DNA of 64,000 nucleotides from Callorhinchus milii (GCF_018977255.1 NW_024704749.1:14632001-14696000), one strand, 5' to 3'. Numbered from the stretch's first letter, positions 12,128-25,321 are shown. Notes: generated by a model from the letters alone, not told the origin. Made by a program: numbers and translations.

Positions 12128-12752
12128 AGCTTCCCAATCAAACAGCATTTGATTCGGATCAAATTTGCATGTCCATGATTTTCTGACAGGTAATGTTATC
12201 AGAACATTAAATGCAGAATTTCCCGTTGTTGACCAAATATTGGGCTATTTTCTCCAAGTCTTGCCAAGTTTCCCGGAGAAGCCAGGACCAGGTTGGTGAT
12301 GCATCTAGATTTGTTACGGACATCCCACAAGGTGATAAGCATTGCATCAAAATCCGATATGGAAGAAATGCTGCTTCGTTTTTTTTCTTCACCCCAGAAA
12401 ATCATTATTGATGATATCTTCCGGGCTATTGATTGACGAGAAAGAGGGAGCGAGACCCGTGCAACGATATTGTGTAGAGATAATAAACATTCATTTATCA
12501 CAGTCCCATATGCAGAGCCTTCTGAAGAAGTCGTTACCCAGTTTAACAGCTCGCTAGAATAATTGCAGTTCAACATGCCGCATCCTATCAACTTATACCA
12601 GGCAGCAGCATCTTCACCACACACTGGGCTCTCTGCTGTTCCCTGAGACGTAGATCCATTGAACACGCTCATGCATAGAGGATCTGGTTTCAGAGAAAAC
12701 CACAGGGGCGTGCAGGTGGGGGTGGGGGGGAACAACACAGCCACACACCAGG

Positions 12753-13215
12753 TGTCAGCCTGACTTAGATGGTAGCACTCTGGCTCAGTCAGGCAGTCAG
12801 GAGTACTCTTATGTCTGAGTCAGAGTGTTGTGGGTTCAAGCCTCACGTCGCGACGTTGAACTCAACAGTCTTGGCTGACACTCAAATGCAGCACTACGTT
12901 GTTGGAGATACCGTCCTTCGGATGAGACATAAAACCGAGGTCCTGCTTGGCGGCGGCTCTCCAGATGGGCGCTAAAGATCCCATAGCACAATTTGTAGAG
13001 AGAAGGGAGTTTGTCTGTCCTGATAAATAAACAAATAAAATGGCTCATTCGCTTCATGGTTATTTGTGGGACATTTTTGCTGTGTGCAAAACTGGCTGCC
13101 ACGTTGAGCTCCAGTAACGCAGTCACTGCGCTTTTATCGTAAACCCTGTTAAGCACTTTGGGACGTTTTGGTGACGTGATAAGACACAGTATCGAATATG
13201 AGTATTATCATTATT
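12753..13215 (+). mobile_element. Near full-length SacSINE1-like DeuSINE
   Basis: tRNA-like head (ggtagcactc...tctgagtcaga..gttgtgggttcaag), body (cggatgagacataaaaccgagg...aaagatcccatagcac) and tail (aagcactttgggacg...cgtgataag). Confidence 0.9.
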
Positions 13216-13574
13216 AATTCAAATGCACTCTCCTCCTTTTGAGTTGTGGTGTGGTCAGGAAAAGCTGGCTGTCAGTTCGCTAATATAAATGCATGAGTCA
13301 CAAACAGGCGCTGGAGTGGTGGAGATGTTTGGCTCTCATTTATTGCTCCTGTACGGTTGATACAGATTGAAGTATGATAGGCCACTGATCTGCAGGACTG
13401 ATCCTCTAATGAATCAAGTCAATGAGCTTTCACTGACGAGGGAGCAGCATCAGAGAGAGTACCCCGGGACGACAACAACCTTTGTCGCCGGAGAAAAGAG
13501 GGTGTGCAGAAGACAGATTTATTGAATGCCATCCCGCACCTATAAATCCCTTCACACCACAGCACTGCATATAC

Positions 13575-13682
13575 AGCACTGTATATTTTGTGGGCAAAAC
13601 TGCAGCAACCAATTGCGCGCTGAGAATCTAACTCGGGTCCTCTCGCTTGTGAGCTGAGTGCTCTAACCAATACTCTATCGGA
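13575..13682 (-). mobile_element. Internally deleted SINE (older-type head joined to 3' part)
   Basis: Reverse-complement head gagtattggttagagcactcagctcacaagcgagaggacccgagtt, followed directly by gcgcgcaattgg...cccacaaaatatac. Confidence 0.8.
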
Positions 13683-15578
13683 TTGTTTGGTGGGGTGGGT
13701 GGGGGGTGTGGCGTGGATTACAAGACAGGAAAACTATGTGAAAGTGTCCGCATTTTAAGATGAGCAGCTCCTCAAATACCTGCGCTCTGTGCCCTGCAAC
13801 CTGCCATCGTGCCAGCGCAACTTGAGACAACAAGTTTACCAGCTCTGACTTTCGAGTCTCCGGTTGCCTGGGAAATGAAATCAGGCTGCTGAAAGGATTA
13901 AGCAGCGTGGATAATTTCCTGTCTGAGGCACTTCACCCCGTGCACTTCTACTGAATTTGTCTCATTCTCCAACCGAATAAAATGATCCGGAAGATTTTAC
14001 ATCATCCCGTTTAATGTGATTTGCGCGTTAAGTCTGGCGATTTTCCTTTGGAATCTAACAAAGGAGCGTGAATCGAAAGGCTACGCAACAGTTTCCCTGA
14101 GAAAAGGGCTCTTTTCCTGGCTGCTGCCACTGCGATGAGCGCAGATGCTTATTAACCGTGGCTGACACGGTGCGATGGATCATGATTGCAGGCTTATCAT
14201 TAAGCCAAGCTTTCGGAGAGCCAAATAATTGTGCAGGCTTGCGTGAGGGAGGCAACCCGTGTGGGCAAATGCCAGGCAACAGTTGTCCTGAGCAAAGGGC
14301 TCTTTTTGATGGCTCTCTCTATGCTATCGTGGTTATTCTCGAGTTACGTGTAATGGCACAATTCAGGATCTTTTATCCTTTCTTGACACGACGGGAGAGA
14401 GGGAAGGATAAAGAGGGCTGAGAATTCGAGTGAAGTACGCCTAGTAGAATGGGCTAAATCCAGGCTGTGAGGTTCAGTGTAATTCATCTTAGAAGAGGAC
14501 GCAATCGCAACAAATGCAAAGCCCGACACTTCACATATGCTCGTGATCCATTTCAATTCCCATCACATTGCTTTGAATTCCGTTTCCTCCGATCCTCTCC
14601 GCAAACTAACTTCCTACAAAATCTCATTAAGAAACCACCTTTCAAGAGAGACTCTCATCTTTACTTAAAATTCGACAGCCCTTAACCACTTCCCGAAAAA
14701 GAAAAACGATGCTGGCTGATCTTGTTGAACGTAAAAGTATTCTGAGTGAAAGGAACCGTTTTGCGCTCAGCGTACATTTTGATTTCAATGAGGTGCAGCT
14801 GTCCCATTTAGACCGGCTCTGACTTATTCTTTGGGGTAACGCTTACGTTTTATTTCTAATTCAGCAAGCGGATATTTGGGCTACAAATGAGCACCAGAGG
14901 ACTTAGGAAATCTGGTCTGGAGCAGTTACCGTGATTAATTGTGTCCCAGCTCACTCACAGAACACGTAAATAGCAGGAGGCACCATTAAAGAGTAACCAT
15001 TTTTTTTAAGAGGACGTCAATTCACTGATGCCGGAATTCAAAGAATCCAGAGATCACAATGATGATAATCCTTGCAGCTGCCGAAGCCCCTTTCATGTCG
15101 GGAGGACGTCTCAAATCCGAGACACCATGAGAAGCTCCCTTCACTTTTTGAGCGATGCCTTGGGTTCCTTGATGTCCATCTGAACTTCTCACCTAAAGAA
15201 CAGCACCTGTGACAAACCGCCCCCCCAACCCCCCTCCACCAGTGTGTTGGATCGTCATACTAAACGATGGAATCGACGTCAAGCTGAAATCAATGACCTT
15301 CTGACTCGGAGGCGAATTCGAGCTGAGACATGCCGATACCCCTCTCTATCAGAGAAGGCAGTTTTTTCTCTCTCGCCGCGCATCTCAAGCTCTTGCAACA
15401 TCTGCAGCGGCGCTTATCTTGCTGATTTTCTTTCAGATTGAAACAGTCGGCTCAAATGGACGTCTCAAATGGGCGCTGGGTTCAGCTGGCTCCGAGCAGC
15501 CAAGTGCCAGGGAAGGTCACAGAAAATGAGAAATGTCGCATTCCTCCCCTTCACTGCGGATCTACCGGCGAAGCTCAC

Positions 15579-15702
15579 GCAAAGTTCTCTAGGTCTCTTC
15601 GGAGGCACAGCTGATGCCTGTGCGGTTTGTCCTACAGTCAAGAGCACGATTGACATTCCGCATGAAGGCACAAGAGGAAAGCGCATCGAGCTGCGGAAGC
15701 AA
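15579..15702 (-). other. Candidate exon (124 nt)
   Basis: Acceptor ctgcccatctcatttcctttgcag and donor TGC|GTGAGC; no recognisable protein. Confidence 0.2.
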
Positions 15703-16014
15703 CTGCAAAGGAAATGAGATGGGCAGATAAGCAGATCAAGATGTCCTTTCTGGGGGTTGCAGTCGAGTATCTGAATCCGATGACAGACTTGAAAGAAAAG
15801 TCCTCGAACGACAAAAGGACATTAATATTCTACAGCCACGCGCAGGACAGAAAGGCAGCTGACTTTCTTTCTACAAACACAAAAAACATGTGAAATGCAG
15901 TGGATACGGGAGATATTTCGTAAAGAAATTCAGGCTTGAAGGCCCAGGGTTGGCAACCTTCCAACATACATGGGGAGAAGGTCCCCAGGGCAATGGTGTT
16001 GCCGTGAAAAATAA

Positions 16015-16270
16015 GAAGCCTCGCATTTCATAAACCGCCTTTCATGTTGGGAGGACGTCTCAAAGTGCTTCACAGGATATAACTTAAAGTGCAGTGCTTG
16101 TGTATTTTATAGGAGAATGCAACAGCCAATTTCATGCACATCAAAGTCCCACAAACAGCCACAGAGTGAGTAACCAATTTTATTTGAGGGAAACTCCCTT
16201 CTCTTTTTTGAGTAGCTATGACTTCCACCTGAACAGACAGACGGGACCTCGTTTAATGTTTCGTCTGAAA
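16015..16270 (-). mobile_element. DeuSINE fragment
   Basis: cctttcatgttgggaggacgtctcaaagtgcttcacagg...ccacctgaacagacagacgggacctcgtttaatgtttcgtctgaaag. Confidence 0.8.
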
Positions 16271-17869
16271 GTATGGATGAATTTGAAAAGTGACTGCGCA
16301 ATAAGTTACAAATCGATTCCCCGCAACAAAACACAGAGAAATTGCATTCATATAGCTCCTTATCGTGTCACGTTGAAACCTATCAAAGGGCTTCACAGGA
16401 ACAGACGCGTGTAGTGGCGGCTTCCTTCAGTCAGAAACAAAGGTACTGTTCTCACAAACCTTTTTGTCCTCAAAGCTGAATTTTTAACCAAGAAATGTGT
16501 GGTCAAGTCAGGAACTTGCTTCGCTCCCCAGAGACTGCTGCGAATCAGCACACACAAGATTGGCAAAAAAAAACAAATGATTATTTGCGTCATAATGAGT
16601 ACACAGTGGAACAGCTATAAGCTGCCGACAGTCAACAGATCAAGTAGCTCAGCAAAGAGAACGTATTTCAAGGCCAAGCTGGATATCTGCGCGACATCAG
16701 TAAGCCTGATAAAAATAAATAAGAGAAAATAATCTATAGGAGGCGAGTGACAATCTTTTAGGAGGATTGATCTTTGGGCACAATGGCGAATCGCATCAGT
16801 GTTCTGTACGTCAAGCATTTCACGTTGGAACTTCAAACTAACTGTCCTCGTCTTTGCACCAAAACCAAAATCACAAGGGAAAGGGAAGCTGAAACACTGG
16901 CAAGCCAATAAACCAGCTGCGACCATCCACAGCTGTCGGATTAAAGGACGTTTGTTGAGTCGCTGCACCACAGCAATTTTCAATACAGGGCGAGTTTGTT
17001 TCAAGGAAAGAGGGAAAGCAAAGTCAACATGACTTGAAATGAAATGTTGCTCTATTATCTAGGAATTTACAAAGGCACTGAATAACTTGAGTCCGCACAA
17101 ACACAGATTTTTAAAAGAACAGCCTGGAACAACATGGAAACTACACCTGATAACCTCTCAGTTGCACATCAATACTTGCTGCCCAAGAATGGGGCACGGT
17201 TGCAGCCTAGGAAATCAACGCAACCGAAACAAGCTCATTCCCGGCTCGTTTCTGGCCTGTGATAAGCCTGGGAACACGAGGCTCGTTTGACGCCAGGGTG
17301 CTCTGTCCGGTCAAACACGAGATGCCTGAGAATCTCAAGGACCGCTCTTCACTGCTGCCTGGATGGCTCGTGAGAAAACTCAAGCTTTTCAAAACAATAA
17401 AACCGTTCTGTAAGATGACAAAACGAGCGGGTTAGAATTGTCAACACACCAGTTGGTGCTCCTGTAAGAGGTTTTTCTCACTCAGCTCCTTAGCAGCTGA
17501 ATCGGCAAACAGATTAACGTAGCCACTTGATCCTTGCAAGAATATGCACACAATTTAAGACGAGGCTCAGACAAAGTCATAACATTATGAGGATTTAGCT
17601 GCACTTGGCAGTACATCCGAGAACACTTACAAATCGGCTGCCTGTAGAGCACACAGTCATACAGCCCTGAAAGTCCAGGTTTTGCTCTGCTCTCCGCTTT
17701 CTGAACTCTCTCTCCAAACATACCTCATGGCTCTCCCCACTCTGCTTTCATAACCCTTCCACAAACTGATTTTTTGGACTGGGCTAGTGGTCAACTACCT
17801 TCTATTCCTCCAATTCCTACCAGGCTCACACTTTTCCTTCATCTCCGAAAGCGCATTGTGACATTAGCT

Positions 17870-18077
17870 GAAGTGAAAGTTGGCGGACGGGGACTTGGTT
17901 TAATGTCTCATCGGAAGGTCGGAACCTCTGTCAATGCAGCACCCCGCTCACCCCTTCCCCCAGCACCGCATTGAAATCTCAGCCAAGACTATGTGTGTTC
18001 AAAGTCCCGACGTGGAGCTTGAACCCGCACCCTTGTGACTCAGAGGCGAGATTGCTACCGACAGAGCCAAGCTGAAA
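17870..18077 (-). mobile_element. SacSINE1-like DeuSINE 5' half
   Basis: ggtttaatgtctcatcggaagg...ttgaacccgcacccttgtgactcagaggcgagattgctacc. Confidence 0.85.
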
Positions 18078-18587
18078 CCCGAGTATAGATTTGTTGGGAA
18101 GAGTTACGATGGTGTAGCGGTGATGGAATTCAATAGTTTTATTCTGTTCCTTGCTTGTGGTCGTGATTGCAGTGGTAATGCGTTTCTCTCAGAACTTGGC
18201 TGCTTCTGGCATATTTCAGTCCTGTGCTTCGAAGGATTAATATTCTCTCCATGCTGTTGATCCAGTGGAACACAATTGCACACAAGTGCGGTACTGTAGG
18301 CTGGGACTGCTGCAGAGAGCAGCTAATTGTTAAACTGGGAAATGAGCGAGAAATTAATTCTGAGGCAAAAAAAAAGTGGAAAGGAAGCTGTTCAATGACA
18401 GGCATAGAATTAGTGACTGAACAGATATTGATTTGTGAAGAAAACAATTTTCAGGTGCTTATGTACCGTCTAAATCTACTCTCACCATTCCCATTATTAA
18501 CTATTTTTTTTCCACTGAGTGCTAATTTCCTCCCATTGCCTGAAGCAATGCACTTTGTATGGAAATGGTTTGATTGAGGTACAATAA

Positions 18588-18665
18588 CAGACAGACAGAC
18601 AGACAGACAGACAGGCAGGCAGGCAGACAGACAGGCAGACAGGCAGGCAGGCAGACAGGCAGACA
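18588..18665. repeat. Compound (CAGA)/(CAGG)n microsatellite
   Basis: Direct reading. Confidence 0.95.
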
Positions 18666-19059
18666 AATGGAAGGACGTTCAATATTCAACACAAACTCTC
18701 ACGCACATTTCGGAGCTTAGATTCCCAAGCTCTGCTTTGTTTGATGATGGTGCTGAGATTGCATATGACAAGTCCCAAACAGGCTGCAGCGTAAATGACA
18801 GGAGTCTGGCCGTTTTTGAGTTCTTTGAACGTGAAGCTGAACAAGCACCCTGTCACCCTGCTATGACAAGCTGCTGAATGAAGCTTGCAGAGGTTGGACA
18901 TACATCAGTGGGCACAATTTGCTCCACTGTACGTTCTCCATCCTGCCCTAGCAGAATGCAGCCCGCAGGCAAAGCACAAACAAGTCACATCGGATCACTC
19001 CCCTGGACCTACCTACCAGTTGGCTCAAGAGCCCCTTTCAATAGAGGCTTTTTTGGGGA

Positions 19060-19361
19060 TAATAACCCTTGCATGTGACATAGTGCCTTTTCATGTCTTC
19101 TCGACGTCTCAAAGCGCTTCACGGAATAGACCGTAAAGTGAACTGACTGTATATTTTTGTGGGCGAAACGTGGCAGCCAACTGCGCACAGCAGCGTCCCC
19201 ACAAACAGTCGTGGATTGAGTGCCCATATTATTTTTTTTTGAAGGATTATTATCAGGCGTGTGGAGTAAGAAAACCTGCCCAAGGTTTCGCCCTGCCTGG
19301 AATCGAACCCAGGTCTCTCGCTTTTGAGGCGAGTGCTATAACCACTGAGCTACAGAACTCC
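19060..19361 (-). mobile_element. Full-length tRNA-derived SINE, short subfamily
   Basis: Head ggagttctgtagctcagtggttatagcactcgcctcaaaagcgag through the tail; degenerate TSD tggggataat/tagggattat. Confidence 0.95.
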
Positions 19362-19915
19362 TAGGGATTATCCTAGAATAAGATCCAATGTTTCCTTTCT
19401 TCGCTGGGTTACTGTGTGTTTTTTTATTGTGTTAGCGGGGAACAATAGAGCAAATTATCGAGATGCTTCAGAAATGCCAGATATCTTCGGCGCTGGTTTA
19501 GATATGATTTTCTACTTCCTCGAGGCTGTCATTTCTCTTATTATTGGCCAACTCTCTTGTTGCCTTATAATGTACTGGTCTATTGTGCGATTGATCTGAT
19601 GTCCCAATGGACATTGGACATTCAGTCCAGAATGATATGTTGAGCTTCAAAACCTTATAGGGACAATCAGTGTACATTTATCAGTGTCGTTGTTTCCTCA
19701 TTTGATGCATTCTCTAAATCTAAAGAGCAGACGGACTGATCGGAAGAGTATAGTCTAAGCTGTCCAACACGGGGATTTCATTTTAGATTTTTCTTGAAGA
19801 GCAGGGCTTTATGTTTGTGATAGTACAATGGCTACTTCTGCCTTACAAGTCCGACTGTGTGTGATTGTTGGTCGAACAAACTGGTCGAACTTTAAATAAT
19901 AGACATCGGATTTAC

Positions 19916-20046
19916 TTCCACGATCCGTACTCGCAGTAAATATGAAAGGTCACTTCTATCATGTTGGAACAAGGCACGAGCAGATTGTGGGCTGATGTAA
20001 GACTGCTGATAACATCAAGTGTAGGGAGATGGTTTAACCTTTCCAG
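19916..20046 (-). other. Candidate exon (131 nt)
   Basis: Long polypyrimidine acceptor ttttgccttcccctctttgcttcctccaccag; possible donor GAA|GTAAAT. Confidence 0.25.
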
Positions 20047-20151
20047 CTGGTGGAGGAAGCAAAGAGGGGAAGGCAAAAAAAACCACCTTATTTCACCGTA
20101 CCTCAATAGACCAGGTCAACAGAGGTGAATGTAACTATATCCCATGGATAA

Positions 20152-20459
20152 TAAAATAATCCTTGCATTTATTATGGCACTTTTCACGTCTTCTAGACGT
20201 CTCAAAGCACTTCACAGAATATACTGTAAAGTGAATTGAACGTATATTTTGTGGGCGGCAGCCAATTGCGCACAGCAGCGTCCCCACAAACAGTCGTGGA
20301 TTGAAAGTTACCAATTTATTATTGTTTCGTTTTTTTGGGAGGGATTATTATTAGACGTGTGGAGTAAGGAAACTTGCCCAGGGTTTCGTCCTGCCTGGAA
20401 TTGAACCCTGGTGTCTCGCTTGCAAGGCGAGTGCTCTAACCACTGAGCTATAGGATTCC
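20152..20459 (-). mobile_element. Full-length tRNA-derived SINE with 7-bp TSD
   Basis: Complete head to tail; tggataa at 20145-20151 and 20461-20467. Confidence 0.95.
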
Positions 20460-20491
20460 GTGGATAAGTAGGGGAGAAAACTAGCACCAGC

Positions 20492-20558
20492 ACAACAACA
20501 ACAACTTGCATTTATATATCGCCCTTCATGAGGGGTAGCTTCCCAGAGCCCTTGACAG
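20492..20558 (-). mobile_element. L2-type 3' terminus
   Basis: acaacaacaacaacttgcatttatatatcgcccttcatgaggggtagcttcccagagccctt. Confidence 0.7.
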
Positions 20559-20934
20559 TGGTGAAGCACAGCCACAATGTACTGGCTGATTGATCTCCTG
20601 TGCGATAAACCTTGCATTATTCTGTGATGGGTAGAGCAGAAGAGATTGACTGACCCTTTGGCAAATTCTGAAATACAGCTGCAAGCTCACAGCTGTTTTT
20701 TTCTTCCAAGTTCTTTTAAGAACGACAGGAAACAGACTTCAAAGTCCACAGAATTTGCCAAATTCTGGAATGCTCTGAAGTGCTATGTAAACAGAGTAAA
20801 TCGAGACTCGAATGGAATTTCTCCCCATTGGCAAGGTCTTTGGTACCAACTTTAATTGAGGCTTTTATTATTGTAGAATTTATACTCCACCTAAGTAAAT
20901 GCAGAAGAATTAATAGCTTCATAGGCCAAAAAAC

Positions 20935-21112
20935 TAATAATAATTTGGTCACTCAATCCACAACTGTTTGTGGGACACTGCTGTGCGTAATTAGCTGCTA
21001 CTTTCCGCTCACAAAATGTACAGTCAATTCACTTTGCAATATATTCTGAAGCTCTTTGAGACACCTGAGCAAAGTGATAAGGTACTATATCGAATACAAG
21101 AATTATTATCAT
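20935..21112 (+). mobile_element. SINE 3' half
   Basis: taataatttggtcactcaatccacaactgtttgtgggacactgctgtgcg through the tail. Confidence 0.9.
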
Positions 21113-21974
21113 TAGTTAACCTCTTAATCCAGTGCAATTGCTTTGAAATACAATTAATGACACTCAGCATCTGGCAGTATTTGAATCCCAACTCGGTAGC
21201 TGCTGCTGAAAATGATCAAAGCATCTCCGCAATGTTTAACATTACAAAGATCATTTTTCCGGATTCTCAGAATCTAAAGGCAAATCGTTGCATGTTCCTT
21301 CCTTCCCCACCCCTCATTCCAGGAGGATATTTCCCTACAAAAACCCGGTCGAACGTGACTGCAGCAATAGACCAAATTGATGGTGGGTAGAGTGGGACCA
21401 AATGAGACAGCGAACAAAGATGAGTTCACACTAATAAAACCAACCAACGGAAAAAAGAACCAAAAGATTAATATATGTTTTCTTCCTGTTTATTTCTGGC
21501 GTCTGGAATGTACTGCTACAAGACATGGTTTATGGTACGCAATTCTCTGCGGAGGCTATGTTTGTCTGTATCTGTGTAGCCATTATATAGAAATGATAAA
21601 GCAAGTTAATACAGCAGAAACACATTACTGGGTAATGACACATCAGCCAACACAAAAACGCAGAAGAAAGGAAAAAAAATATCTCCACAATACGCCAGTT
21701 AATGGTCACATCACAAGACAAGCTCAGCCAGATCTGTATCAGCAGGGTACAGGTGCCCAAATGAATACAGAAACACATCACCGTGGATATTTTCAGACGT
21801 ACAATTTTGAGAAAAGAAGCAATCTCCGGCTGCACAAGGACATTAGTTATGTGATGCCGACTCCACAGTCAATTCAAAGCTGAAGAGAAGCTTGCAGTTG
21901 ATGGATGGCTTCCTGCCCCCCTCCTGTCAACTTCCAACCAAACTGGCATCCGTAAGTGGCACTTACGCCAATTT

Positions 21975-22055
21975 GGATGAAAGAAGACCCTTCGGCCCAT
22001 TCTAATCTCATCCTTCCAGAATACCCAGCCAACTGTGCTCCCTGTACAGCAAGCG
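21975..22055 (-). mobile_element. CR1-type 3' end
   Basis: gaagacccttcggcccattctaatctcatccttccagaatacc, shared with 28765, 26612 and 51812. Confidence 0.65.
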
Positions 22056-22239
22056 AGCTACACCTCCTTGTGTGGATGAATGTCCATGTTGTGCTGTACT
22101 CTACCCTGGATTACTGTCTCCCACTGCAAACCACAACGGAATCAGCCCACGATAATCCGTTAGAACCAAAACAAAGGAGAGGAGGGGGTTCGGGGTGGTG
22201 GGGTGGGGGCGGGATGGTGGAGAGATGCATTCAGGTTAC

Positions 22240-22318
22240 CTGGCATATCTTGCTCCTGGTATTCGAGATCTTCACGGCATTGAGTGTGACGTGTCATTCC
22301 CCTCAGCCACTTGTCAAG
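22240..22318 (-). other. Candidate exon (79 nt), best splice signals in the window
   Basis: Branch-point-like TACTAAT, acceptor actttcatttcag and donor CAG|GTAACC. Only one open frame (LDKWLRGMTRHTQCREDLEYQEQDMP). Confidence 0.35.
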
Positions 22319-22904
22319 CTGAAATGAAAGTCAACAGATTAGTACGTCACCCAGAAATAACAAGCAGATCACTGTGTACGTACATGGCCCCTGTTTCAAG
22401 ACCCGCTCTGTCAATGTTTCCTGTTCCAAGCACCTGGGCCTCGGCTCTCTGATGAGCAAATTGATCCAATTTGCTTCTGAACACTTCGTCTGAGCCAATA
22501 TTAATTTACTGCGCTTGAAATAGGATTGCAGGCCAAAGCCTTTGGTAAGGTAGAGTGGTCCAAGCTGGACAAGGAGCTTGAACTTGCCCGGCAGAGTTTG
22601 CACCCATTGTTAGCTGTTCAAGCTCCAGCAGTTTACCAGCAGGATGTACTCTGTGGTCCTCAAGCCTCATCACTTGCCAACCTTTGCCTTCATACTTTCC
22701 CCACACACACCCCCACCACCCTGGGAGGGAACGAACACTCCATTCAAGACACAGGGAAAGTTTGATGCATATGTGGAGTCTTCTTAGGAGACTCAAACCC
22801 ACAACGATGGATTCCTCCTGTGTCAAGACAGCTGGCTGACCACCAGGCCCCTTCCCGCGGGAAAAACTAGCCTTGCAGATGGGAATATTTTCACGCACAA
22901 AATA

Positions 22905-23022
22905 GTCAATTTCACCCGTGACATGCAGTCAAACCACTTTACAGTGTGTCCTGTCAAGCACTTTGTGACGTCTCGACGTCATGATAAGCGCTATGTCAAA
23001 TGCAAGGATCATTATTATTATT
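22905..23022 (+). mobile_element. SINE tail fragment
   Basis: cactttacagtgtgtcctgtcaagcactttg...gcgctatgtcaaatgcaaggatcattatt. Confidence 0.85.
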
Positions 23023-23401
23023 CGTTGTGAAGCCTTACTGTAAAGTAGCGCTTGTAAATGCAGTCTCTATTCTGCACACAATTTATGGTCCTTCCACTGA
23101 AGACACCGCCTCAATTTGTAACATTCGCAAATAAATACAATTTATTCATTCTTGAAGGGTGGGAAACCAGCAACTTATTCCTGTGGCGGTGAGGTCACAG
23201 GCTCAGGCTTTTAGAAACAGATGATTCTATTGTGTTATGCAACATTCCTGTCTCTATTGTCTGTCTTGGGTTTTTGAAGGTGTTCCTGATATGAAATGGG
23301 GTGAAAATCTCCACGTAAAAGTTCGACCACATTGTTGGTGTGAGTGGCACTCAGTCCGAGGAAAACTCCCTGTGGCATTGCTTCAAACGTATGTTTTGTG
23401 T

Positions 23402-23706
23402 GGAGTCCTGCAGCTCAGTGGTTAGAGCGCTCGCTTCGCAAGCGAGAGACCTGGGTTCAATTCCCAGCAGGGCGAAAACTTGGGCAAGTTTCCTCACTCC
23501 ACACGCCTGATAATAATCCTTCAAGAAATAGAAAAGAATAGTAAATTGGTCTCGTCAATCCACGACTGTTTGTCAGACACTGCTGTGCGCAATTGGCTGC
23601 CACGAATATACAGTCAATTGACTTTACAGTAATATTCTGTGAAGCGTTTTGAGACGTCTAGAAGACATGAAAAGCCCTATATCAAATGCAAGGATTATTA
23701 TTATTA
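23402..23706 (+). mobile_element. Full-length tRNA-derived SINE, short subfamily
   Basis: ggagtcctgcagctcagtggttagagcgctcgcttcgcaagcgag (A box and anticodon-like stem), B box ggttcaattcc, and (ATT)n tail. Confidence 0.95.
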
Positions 23707-23784
23707 ATCTTGTCAAAATAAAGGGCTTGAGAGTTGACTTTGATCTCGAAGCCTTGCTTGAGGCTTGTTTAATGTAAACCTATG

Positions 23785-23960
23785 CCTTGCACCCACAGTT
23801 TGAGGCATTTATACCCTGCGTGCCTCTCATCCTTTTAAAACCCTGAATCACGTCTCCTCGCCATTGCCTTTTATCCCACAAGGGAATTTTCTTGCTGCTT
23901 TTGGGGTACAAGTTGCAAAAAGTCTCCTCATTTTGTCGGTCAATAAGATCACGCCATCTG
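23785..23960 (-). mobile_element. Degraded CR1 ORF2 fragment
   Basis: Minus frame LWDKRQWRGDVIQGFKRMRG resembles CR1 LEKRRLRGDLIEVFKIMKG. Confidence 0.5.
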
Positions 23961-25159
23961 GCGCTGTCTGCTCTCACAACATACTCCAGTCATTTCCACT
24001 CACAGTGCCAATCCTTCCAAAATTGCCTTTCCATTCGTTCCCCGTCACAGTGCAATTCTCCCCCAAATTGCCTTGCTATCCATTTCTTCACAGCTCGCTA
24101 ATGCTCTCATTAAGAACCCAACAGACTTAACCCTGAACAATCTGGTTAGCCTTGGTCTGGAAAGAAAGGGTGAGGTTTCCGGCCAAGGAGAATCTCCCAG
24201 AGAATTCCCAAAGGGAGCCTCATTCTCACCAAGGTTGCTCGACGATGCTGCAGTTCACCACCCAAAACCCATTTAAGGCACTTAATTTTGAAAATTACAC
24301 CACAGATTATTTTATTTGCATGTTGTAGAGCAGCCGAATAAATAACCTCTGCTTTTGCTACTAATAGGATTAACATAATTTTGAAGATGTGTGTGTGTGT
24401 GTGTCCAAAAAAATAAATGTTTGAATCACAATGAATTTGTGGCGCAGTGAGTAATCCCTGGTGGTGTGTGCAGGCACGTTGCTTTCTGTAATGAAGTGAT
24501 ACTTGTCTAGCTCATGATCGTGTTGAGGAATCCATTCACGGTCCGTTTATTAAATGGTAAAGGGTTGAGTCGGAAGAGTGATCGGGATGCGAAGCAGAAA
24601 GGTACTAAAACCTGGAGCAGAGGAGTGGTGGGGGTGGGGTGGGGGGGCGAGATTGAGGGGGCGGTGGTAGAAGTCAAATAAAAATTGCTTTCCCTGCGGT
24701 CCTTTATAAAACAATTTACCATTACATGGCCTTGCACAACCATGGATCTGGGCTCAAATCCTTACATTATGGTACATTGCTAATCCGGCTCTTTAATTAC
24801 ATTTTATACACCAGCCTTTTATCAAGCCAGACTGAAAACATTATCTGCTTCCCCTGAAGGGACAAGTAATCATGGACATAGTAGGTTCAACAGCAGTGTT
24901 TCGAATTCATGATTCGTGCTGCAATAGATGCGAGTGTTGAGGTCTGCTGAAAGCTTTTTAGCAATCCGCTTGACGTGAGGAGTATAGCTCTGATTTCTCA
25001 TGGCTTAATAGGAATGTTGGTTCCGCTCACTTCTGACTTGCAACCCTTCTGTCTCCGAACCCAAAGGAACTGAAGAACGCCGGCAGGCTCTTTTTTGAAG
25101 TAACCCAAGAAGAGAGCGAAGCGAGGCAGGCATCTGATCAGACCCACACACCTTAATCA

Positions 25160-25255
25160 GATGAAAATTGGCTTGCCGCGTTTCGCCCCACAAAACACAG
25201 TCAATTAATTTGCTTTGCAGGATATCCTGCGAAGCACTTTGAGACGTCTGAAACC
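25160..25255 (+). mobile_element. SINE fragment
   Basis: aaattggcttgccgcgtttcgccccacaaaacacagtcaatt...gaagcactttgagacgtct. Confidence 0.8.
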
Positions 25256-25321
25256 GTGTTTTTGTCAATGTTGTATTTCGTCACAATGCAACAGCTCACA
25301 CCTGACGTAAGAGATTAGAGC

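Noticed and set aside
12225-12300. Possible remnant of an AGGGTTGCC-ended MITE (similar short motifs near 5235 and 15946)
   Set aside because: No matched pair of terminal inverted repeats or TSD could be established by eye.
12199-12744. 181-aa ORF, the longest in the track
   Set aside because: No recognisable homology or splice context; the length is compatible with chance in 64 kb over six frames.
21377-21883. 168-aa ORF
   Set aside because: Composition follows the A-rich non-coding sequence; no motif.
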